From the NCBI GenBank assembly GCA_022511125.1, contig JAFLSD010000009.1, positions 5,026 to 69,025 of the forward strand: a DNA stretch of 64,000 bases, written 5' to 3'. Origin of the DNA: Paramuribaculum sp. (GTDB taxonomy: Bacteria > Bacteroidota > Bacteroidia > Bacteroidales > Muribaculaceae). Shown piece by piece: positions 57,393 through 64,000 of this stretch. Numbering within the stretch: position 1 is the stretch's first letter; every line of letters starts with the position of its first letter. The notes below the pieces were generated by a model, which saw nothing but the letters and a program-made list of their open reading frames with translations, was not told the origin of the DNA and searched no databases. The position numbers were made by a program, and so were the translations under genes.

Positions 57393-60362
57393 TTAATTAA
57401 CCTTTATCTTTTTCACCTTGTCTCCCTGTTTTATAATATAAATACCGGGAGCCAGTTCATCTATTTGACGATTAATCTTAATTCCCCTAAGATCGTAGAT
57501 TTGAATATCCTTTTGACTTTCATCAGTAAAGTTGTCCATAACACCCGATGGTTTTGCTTTAAAGTTAGCCTCAATAGAAACATGGGATTCGGCGATATGA
57601 GAAATATAATCTTTCTGTAAGTCGGATATTCTATCTTTACCGTTTATTATTAACGATTCGAGTTCGTAGCCATCCTCAGCAATTGGGAAGATATGAATAA
57701 CCGTTCCATGACTTATTTTTTGCAATGGATCGAATTTATTGCCTGTTGGTGTGCCTGCTTCAGTTATTTCACCATATAAGTTCACTGTGCCACCTATTGA
57801 CGATGAAACCGTTAGATTATATTGTCTTGGTTGCCATAATACTTTAATAGTTAATGGCTCTTTAACTACAATCGCCATATCCAAGATCCCGTCATCGACT
57901 TGACCGGATACAGGAGAATTATTTATAATAATTTGCTGCAGTTCTTCAGTCTCGTCACAGCTACCGAGTAATTTTATTAATGTATTCTCAAGGACAACAG
58001 AATCATTGTCAATCAAATTACCTTCCTCATCCTCGAGATGAGACTCACTTTTTCCCACATTAGTCAATTTTACAGGATATTTTGAATAAAAATTAGCAGT
58101 CAGTTCGATATCTTCTTCACCTTCATAAATGAATTCTGGTTCAAGAGATATGATCACGTTGTTAGCATCAGTCCAATTCTCGAAATAATCATATTCGGTC
58201 AAAGGCTTTGCAATCACTTTAACCGGTTTTCTTGTCTGAATAGATGTTTCAGTCTCTCCTTCGATCATTGCGGATCCTTTTGTCTGGCTGTTCACTTTTA
58301 CGGTTACTGTGCGGGGAAATTCCATTATATAATCGAAAACTGCTACTAAATTTTCATCACAATTACCGTTCCATTCCAACACATAAGCATCATTCTGTTT
58401 TTTGCCGACAGTCCTTATGTAGTCATCCTCTGCATTTCTCCAACCGACAAATTTACAGTAATCGGAAGGGATTGCATAAAAAGTATGGTTGTCCATATAT
58501 TTCGCAGAAACAGACGTTGTTCCGGGCTCATCTATATAAGCTTTCCCCAAAATTTCTCCGTCTTTTTCTTCTACAGAAACTTTTAGATCATAGTAACCGT
58601 TTATATCGGCCTTGAATGTGGCGTTAATTATCATATCCGACTTAACCACAGTGCTATACTTATTCTCAACAACAGGTACATTCGCACCATCATCTTCTCC
58701 GCGTTTCACATAAAGCTGATCAACAATATATCTATTATCCGGAATCAAAGTAACGATTATTTCTGTTCCATGTGATACTTTATCACCGGTCGAAAGTTCT
58801 ACCTCGTCAGCCGTTTGCACCTTCATGTTTCCGTTACCACCTGCCTTAAAACTGATAGTCCATTCCTGCTTCTTGAAGAAAGCAACCAAAGTCATATCAT
58901 CTTCAACTGCAAATGTAAAAGGATTATCTAAAATTTGTTCTTCTCCATTTACCATCCAGTGAGAGAATTCATATCCTAATGCTGGAATAGCTTCTACAAT
59001 CACCGACTCTCCTTCCTGCAATTCTTTAACCTGCGATTCATTAGTCGTCAACCCGTTATTGACTCTAAACATTCCTTCGTCAGGATTATTTACAGAAACG
59101 GAAATGTTAGCCGTTTTAATTGATTCTTTAAAATAAGCTTTTATAGATACATTTTCAGTAACGGTCAATAGATATGGATTTTCCTTAATAATGGTACCAT
59201 CACCTAAATCCCAATAATCGAACTCATAACCTTCATTTGGAACGGCTTCTATCTTAATTTCTTGATTATCTTCAATTTCCATCGATTTCGATTCTGAAAT
59301 CACTTCATCATTTATTTTTATGCTTCCCATATCGGAAGTTGGTAAAATAATTTCTACGGTTTTAACCTCTACAATTGATTCCGATTCTTCGAATTCAGCT
59401 CTATATATGACGTCTCCGATGGCAGTAAAGGATAAAGAAGGCTCGTCAGATATTTCTTTACCATTTAAAACCCAACATTTAAACTCATATCCTTTTTTAG
59501 GTTGAGCGTGAATAGTCACTGTTTGTCCGTCACTTACCGTTTCCCATACTATACCTTCATTGTCCTTCGCAGCAGCGTCATCAGATACGTAACATTCTCC
59601 TTCATCTTCATTCGCAGAGTAAACCCCAATATTCCACTTATGATTTTCAGCATCATCAACACTCCAGAAACTGAACATATAAATGACTTTTTTCTGTTTA
59701 TCACTAACACTCCTATTAGAGAATATCGTATTATCTATCATTCCATTAATTACATATTTCTGATTTAATTCTATGACATTGTCCTTAAGTAAGGTCGAGA
59801 AAGTCAGATGATACACAATGTATTGTGAATCATCATCATCGAAGGTTACATCATATCCCTTATAGTCAGTTCCTGTTGCACCTCTATAACCCATACCTCC
59901 TATCTGTCCCTCTATTCTTACATAACTATAATTCTCATTCATGTCATCTGATTTTCCAGTCAGAATATGAGGTAGCGGATTTAGTCTATTTGATTTATCA
60001 GCAACACCTATTTCCTCTTGTTCATATTTCTCTAAAAAATATAAATCAGTATCAGAATCACTATTGTCCCTAAGTCCTTTGATAGAAGGTATAAAATCTC
60101 CCTTTTTATAAACACCTCTTGAAGTATATAACCGAATCACATCCCCATTAGAATCCATTAACAAATAATTATTTCCACCATATCTGACCTCAGCTACCGT
60201 CATATTTCTGAGAGTTACTTCATCTGATGACTTTATACCCTTAGTCTCGATAAATTCTTTTACACTATCAAACGTATATGATACTGCTTTCACTGAGGGA
60301 ATAACAGTCAGCACGAAAATCAAAAGAAGATAGAAACGTGAAAATTTGTTTTGTTTTTTCAT
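57393..60362 (-). CDS. Large secreted protein with about 8 divergent InlB B-repeat-like modules and a T9SS C-terminal sorting domain
   Basis: Signal peptide ending VKA, repeated A.P..GYEF..W motifs, and C-terminus IYDLRG.K......LAPGIYIIKQGDKVKKIKVN. Confidence 0.8.
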   Translation of the reverse strand: MKKQNKFSRFYLLLIFVLTVIPSVKAVSYTFDSVKEFIETKGIKSSDEVTLRNMTVAEVRYGGNNYLLMDSNGDVIRLYTSRGVYKKGDFIPSIKGLRDNSDSDTDLYFLEKYEQEEIGVADKSNRLNPLPHILTGKSDDMNENYSYVRIEGQIGGMGYRGATGTDYKGYDVTFDDDDSQYIVYHLTFSTLLKDNVIELNQKYVINGMIDNTIFSNRSVSDKQKKVIYMFSFWSVDDAENHKWNIGVYSANEDEGECYVSDDAAAKDNEGIVWETVSDGQTVTIHAQPKKGYEFKCWVLNGKEISDEPSLSFTAIGDVIYRAEFEESESIVEVKTVEIILPTSDMGSIKINDEVISESKSMEIEDNQEIKIEAVPNEGYEFDYWDLGDGTIIKENPYLLTVTENVSIKAYFKESIKTANISVSVNNPDEGMFRVNNGLTTNESQVKELQEGESVIVEAIPALGYEFSHWMVNGEEQILDNPFTFAVEDDMTLVAFFKKQEWTISFKAGGNGNMKVQTADEVELSTGDKVSHGTEIIVTLIPDNRYIVDQLYVKRGEDDGANVPVVENKYSTVVKSDMIINATFKADINGYYDLKVSVEEKDGEILGKAYIDEPGTTSVSAKYMDNHTFYAIPSDYCKFVGWRNAEDDYIRTVGKKQNDAYVLEWNGNCDENLVAVFDYIMEFPRTVTVKVNSQTKGSAMIEGETETSIQTRKPVKVIAKPLTEYDYFENWTDANNVIISLEPEFIYEGEEDIELTANFYSKYPVKLTNVGKSESHLEDEEGNLIDNDSVVLENTLIKLLGSCDETEELQQIIINNSPVSGQVDDGILDMAIVVKEPLTIKVLWQPRQYNLTVSSSIGGTVNLYGEITEAGTPTGNKFDPLQKISHGTVIHIFPIAEDGYELESLIINGKDRISDLQKDYISHIAESHVSIEANFKAKPSGVMDNFTDESQKDIQIYDLRGIKINRQIDELAPGIYIIKQGDKVKKIKVN

Positions 60363-60500
60363 GATACACAATTTTTTACAAAAATAGTACAATTATCCTT
60401 AATTCCATCGTTATACTTTCTTTTTGATGATATTATGCACATTTTTTGCCGATAATGTGCAAAAAAGACGAGTATCTGAAAAATATTGCATAATTTTTTG

Positions 60501-60508
60501 TAACTTTG
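60501..60508 (+). promoter_or_regulatory. -7 promoter box (TAACTTTG) for spt
   Basis: Consensus match followed by CA, 25 nt before the ATG. Confidence 0.65.
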
Positions 60509-60533
60509 CAATTATAATATCTATATTCCTAAT

Positions 60534-61721
60534 ATGAAATTACTACAGGCTAAACTTGCCAAATACACTGCTCCTCAAGAAGCTAAAGCAGCCGGCGTAT
60601 ATCCTTATTTCAGGGCTATTTCAAGCGAACAGGATCCGGAAGTTATAATAAATGGGAGGAAAGTCTTGATGTTCGGATCTAACTGTTATTCGGGACTTGT
60701 GAATGACCCACGTATCAAAGAGGCGGCTATCGAAGCAACAAAAAAATATGGAACCGGTTGTGCGGGTTCTCCTTTCCTGAACGGGACTCTTGATCTTCAC
60801 AAGCAGTTGGAAGCTGCAATAGCCGAATATATAGGCAAAGAGGATGTAATGATTTATTCAACGGGATTCGAAGTGAATCTCGGCGTCGTTTCAGCTCTTA
60901 CCGGAAGAGAAGATTATATTCTGTGGGACGAACAGGATCATGCCTCAATTATCGAAGGGCGCCGTCTTTCGTTCAGCCAATCATTAAAATACAAGCATAA
61001 TGATATGGCTTCTCTTGAAAAACAGCTACAGAAATGCGATCCTGACAAAGTGAAACTGATTGTGACAGATAGCGTTTTTTCAATGGAAGGTGATGTAGCG
61101 AACGTAAAAGAAATCACTAAACTTGCGAAGAAGTATGATGCCAGCGTTATGGTAGACGAAGCTCATGGAATAGGAGTCTTTGGCCCCGGTGGTAGAGGCG
61201 TATGTCATCATTATGGCGTTGCTGATGATGTAGATTTGATTATGGGTACTTTCTCTAAATCATTCGCCTCTTTAGGTGGTTTTATTGCTACCGATAAAGA
61301 AATAACCAACTATCTGCGACATCACTCTCGTTCTTATATTTTCACGGCATCCATCACTCCCGCATCCACGGCTGCGGCTTTGAAAGCCATGGAAATAATG
61401 CAACAAGAACCGGAACGTCAAGAACAACTCTGGGAACTCACTAATTATGCACTTGATGGATTCAGAAATATGGGATGTGAGATCGGCAACACTTCCACTC
61501 CAATCATTCCGTTATTTATCCGCGATAATTTTAAGACATTCCAGATAACACGTGATCTTCTTGAAGAAGGAATCTTTGTTAATCCGGTAGTATCACCGGC
61601 AGTAGCGCCTCACGACACTTTAATTCGTTTCAGCCTTATGGCTACTCATACCAAAGAACAGGTTACAACAGCACTGGAAAAGATACATAAAGTATTTAAA
61701 GCTCACGGCTTAGTTAACTAA
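60534..61721 (+). CDS. spt: Serine palmitoyltransferase-like alpha-oxoamine synthase
   Basis: GVYPYFR, VLMFGSN, DHASII.G.RLS, VFSMEGD, DEAHG.G, GTFSKSFAS.GG (PLP Lys). The N-terminus is of the Bacteroidales SPT type. Confidence 0.8.
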   Translation: MKLLQAKLAKYTAPQEAKAAGVYPYFRAISSEQDPEVIINGRKVLMFGSNCYSGLVNDPRIKEAAIEATKKYGTGCAGSPFLNGTLDLHKQLEAAIAEYIGKEDVMIYSTGFEVNLGVVSALTGREDYILWDEQDHASIIEGRRLSFSQSLKYKHNDMASLEKQLQKCDPDKVKLIVTDSVFSMEGDVANVKEITKLAKKYDASVMVDEAHGIGVFGPGGRGVCHHYGVADDVDLIMGTFSKSFASLGGFIATDKEITNYLRHHSRSYIFTASITPASTAAALKAMEIMQQEPERQEQLWELTNYALDGFRNMGCEIGNTSTPIIPLFIRDNFKTFQITRDLLEEGIFVNPVVSPAVAPHDTLIRFSLMATHTKEQVTTALEKIHKVFKAHGLVN

Positions 61722-61738
61722 CCATTAACCATAATAAT

Positions 61739-61774
61739 AAAAAATCTCAGAAGAAATTTCTTCTGAGATTTTTT
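61739..61774. terminator. Perfect 36-bp palindrome, probable bidirectional terminator between spt and the sulfatase
   Basis: aaaaaatctcagaagaaa|tttcttctgagatttttt between convergent genes. Confidence 0.85.
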
Positions 61775-61790
61775 TGTTGTTAATTACTTA

Positions 61791-63350
61791 TTATTTAAGC
61801 TTGTAGTTGTTTTCTTTTACTTTTCTGAGAGTTTCTTCCAATTCCAAAACTTTCTGAGGGTGCTGAGCAGCTACATCTTCTTTTTCACCCGGAGTGCTGA
61901 CATCATAGAGCTGAATATGTCCTTTATAGCCTGTCTCAATCTTCGGTCCCCACTGAATCATTGCAGGACCATCCGATCCTTCAATCAGTTTCCAATCTTT
62001 TGTCCTGAGCGACAAAGTATGGTTATTAGCCTGCTCGACTACCCATTCTCTATCATTTTTGTCCTTGCCGAGAAGAGTGCTCAATTTATCGTAACTATCC
62101 GTTGCACCTCCTTTGGGGATTCGGGCATTCACAAGAGAAGCAAGAGAAGCCAGCCAATCGATCTGCGAAATTAGAGCATCTGATTCTTGACCTTCTTTTA
62201 TTTCTTTCGGCCAATGAACGATTACCGGTATACGCGTTCCACCTTCAAAAGCGCTATATTTTCCGCCTCTCAAATCACCTGTCGGACTATGTCCGTTAAG
62301 CAATTCTTCCGCTTGATCTTCATAACCGTCGTCAACTACAGGGCCGTTATCGCTTGAGAGGATTATCAATGTGTTATCCAAAAGATTTTCTTTCTCAAGA
62401 GTGGAGATTAATTGTCCTACAGTCCAATCAAACTGGTCGATAGCGTCTCCACGCAAGCCCATTTTATTCTTACCTCTAAATCTATCATGCGGGAAACGAG
62501 GAACGTGAACATCATTTGTCGCAAAATACATAAAGAACGGTTCATTCTTGTTTTCTTTAATGAAATCAATAGCATGAGCCGTTATTGAGTCTGCTATATT
62601 TTCATCTTTCCATAATGCATTGCCCCCACCTTTCATGTAACCGATACGACTGATGCCGTTTACTATAGACATATCGTGTCCATGACTCGGCTTCAGATTA
62701 TAGAGCAACTCAGGGTTATCTCTTCCTGTGGGTTCACCGGGGAAATTTTTCACATAACTCACTTCAATTGGAGCTGATGGATCCCAGTTTGCCACCTTGC
62801 CGTTTTCTATGAACACACATGGAACACGGTCGGCCGTGGCAGCCATTATATAAGAATAATCGAAACCTAAGTCACCGAGGTGAGCCGGAAGTTGTGCATT
62901 CCAGTCCTGCTGCCCATCCTTGTCTCCTAACCCTAAATGCCACTTTCCAAAAGCACCTGTCTTATAACCAGCGCTTTTGAACATATCTGCAATCGTGTAT
63001 TGTTCCGGTCTGATAATCATTCCCGCATTTCCAGCCGCTATATCGGTATTAGGTTTTCGCCACGCATATTCGCCTGTTAACAGGGAATATCTGGAAGGCG
63101 TACTCGTTGACGCTACAGCATGTCCGTTTGTAAACCTAATTCCATTAGATGCAAGACGATTAACATTAGGAGTATTTACGTTTTTAGCTCCATAACACTC
63201 CAAATCGCCATATCCGAGGTCATCGGCATAGATGATTATCACATTCGGCTGATCGGGATGGGGTTCCGGATTTGCCTTCTTTTTTCCGGCAGCATTAGCT
63301 ATCAAACCTGTCGCTAAAGCTACCGTAATTATTCCACATTCTTTTTTCAT
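61791..63350 (-). CDS. Ser-type S1 (formylglycine-dependent) sulfatase, exported
   Basis: PNVIIIYADDLGYGD, STPSRYSLLTG (S-x-P-x-R), GKWHLG, SSDNG, GGKYS.FEGGTRIP. -7 box at 63381-63388. Confidence 0.92.
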   Translation of the reverse strand: MKKECGIITVALATGLIANAAGKKKANPEPHPDQPNVIIIYADDLGYGDLECYGAKNVNTPNVNRLASNGIRFTNGHAVASTSTPSRYSLLTGEYAWRKPNTDIAAGNAGMIIRPEQYTIADMFKSAGYKTGAFGKWHLGLGDKDGQQDWNAQLPAHLGDLGFDYSYIMAATADRVPCVFIENGKVANWDPSAPIEVSYVKNFPGEPTGRDNPELLYNLKPSHGHDMSIVNGISRIGYMKGGGNALWKDENIADSITAHAIDFIKENKNEPFFMYFATNDVHVPRFPHDRFRGKNKMGLRGDAIDQFDWTVGQLISTLEKENLLDNTLIILSSDNGPVVDDGYEDQAEELLNGHSPTGDLRGGKYSAFEGGTRIPVIVHWPKEIKEGQESDALISQIDWLASLASLVNARIPKGGATDSYDKLSTLLGKDKNDREWVVEQANNHTLSLRTKDWKLIEGSDGPAMIQWGPKIETGYKGHIQLYDVSTPGEKEDVAAQHPQKVLELEETLRKVKENNYKLK

Positions 63351-63481
63351 CGTATAAAATTTAAGTTTATCATGTTAATGCAAAGATAAATAAAAATCCC
63401 GCTTTATCAATCATTAAAGTGAAAAATACACATTTTTTCTTTTATTATTTTTATAGAAATGGGCACTGATTCGCCATTTTA

Positions 63482-64000
63482 TCAGGAGCGCGTAACCTTG
63501 AAACCGGTATTCGAGAGGGTCATATCTACAAAGCGCGCTCTTGGATTTGGAGTTAATTCCTTAAGAATCTGTCGTATTCTAATGGCAGCTTCGGGATCTT
63601 TAGCAATCATATAAAGGAAACCTCCGCCTCCGGCACCGGGCAGCTTATAACCGAGACACATATCTTTAATCAGTTCGATTATATTATGAATTTCAACTGT
63701 TTCAGTTCCCGAATCAAGCAATTTATTTAATCGCCAAGTCTCAGCTACTAATTTGCCATATCTATAAAAATCACTACGTTGAATCGAGTCTGCCATAAGC
63801 AACGCATGTTCTTTCATGTCATTCAATATGGTCAAGTGGGATGATGAATTCAGAAACATACCTTTAACTATCTCAGATAGAATCCCTTTAGCCACTCTTG
63901 CAAATCCTGTATAATAGAGCAAATGACATTCCTTATAACCAGGTGAATTAAATATCTGCTGTGGCAACCAACTGACTGTAGGCTTCTGAGTGTATCCCGA
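63482..64000 (-). CDS. fkp: C-terminal GHMP kinase part of bifunctional L-fucokinase/GDP-fucose pyrophosphorylase (5' end outside the window)
   Basis: Frame is open to base 64000. LLYYTG..R.AKGIL.EIV..MFLN, GYKLPGAGGGGFLYM.AKD, PN.RARFVDM.LS..G..V.RS. Confidence 0.9.
   Translation of the reverse strand, partial: SGYTQKPTVSWLPQQIFNSPGYKECHLLYYTGFARVAKGILSEIVKGMFLNSSSHLTILNDMKEHALLMADSIQRSDFYRYGKLVAETWRLNKLLDSGTETVEIHNIIELIKDMCLGYKLPGAGGGGFLYMIAKDPEAAIRIRQILKELTPNPRARFVDMTLSNTGFKVTRS

Noticed and set aside
60436-60466. Overlapping 8-bp inverted repeats and a GG-N10-GC spacing (CGGCAAAAAATGTGCA, minus strand) between the T9SS cargo gene and spt
   Set aside because: It is a poor match to TGGCAC/TTGC, a normal TATTTTTG box exists at 60379-60386, and short AT-rich IRs are expected by chance.
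63457-63480. Hairpin after the fkp stop as a terminator
   Set aside because: The stem is short and bulged, and there is no U-tract in the fkp direction.

Overview
This is a chromosomal, mostly housekeeping segment of a Bacteroidales (Bacteroidota) genome. The assignment rests on TAnnTTTG -7 promoter boxes ahead of many genes, a short Bacteroidota-type primary sigma factor, a Rho with a long disordered N-terminus, SPT, Fkp and a type IX secretion operon. It carries about 59 CDSs. These include three separate late-cobalamin mini-operons (vanZ-cbiA-pduO, cbiP-cobD-cbiB, cobU-cobT-cobS), two tandem NSS transporters, folP-cdaA, a Cu/Zn permease, an AmgK-like kinase/RapZ-C fusion with a MurU-like partner, aroE, comEC, a divergent thrC-like operon, rho, ybaK-aroC-radical SAM, porT-porP-K-L-M-N, mlaEF-metF-holB-addB-like-hemW, rlmH/nadC, grpE-dnaJ, ispE/dnaB, nhaC, guaB, rpoD, a 989-aa B-repeat T9SS cargo protein, spt, a Ser-type sulfatase and the 3' end of fkp. 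I found no rRNA, tRNA, CRISPR array, IS, integrase or prophage, and I cannot point to a clearly novel multi-gene system. The best candidates for a second look are: (i) a small accessory block at 25.5-27.1 kb (vWA protein, long hairpin, an unannotated broken lipoprotein ORF coupled to an HExxH peptidase); (ii) several domain-stripped or active-site-altered paralogs (thrC-like, ComEA-like, PPIase-like, SPT); (iii) cis-elements such as a sigma54-like box before grpE-dnaJ, a rut-like rho leader, a CsoR-like operator and palindromic paired promoters. Family calls come from motif recognition by eye, not database searches. Start codons were moved from the ORF track where a downstream ATG fits the family N-terminus or a promoter box better.
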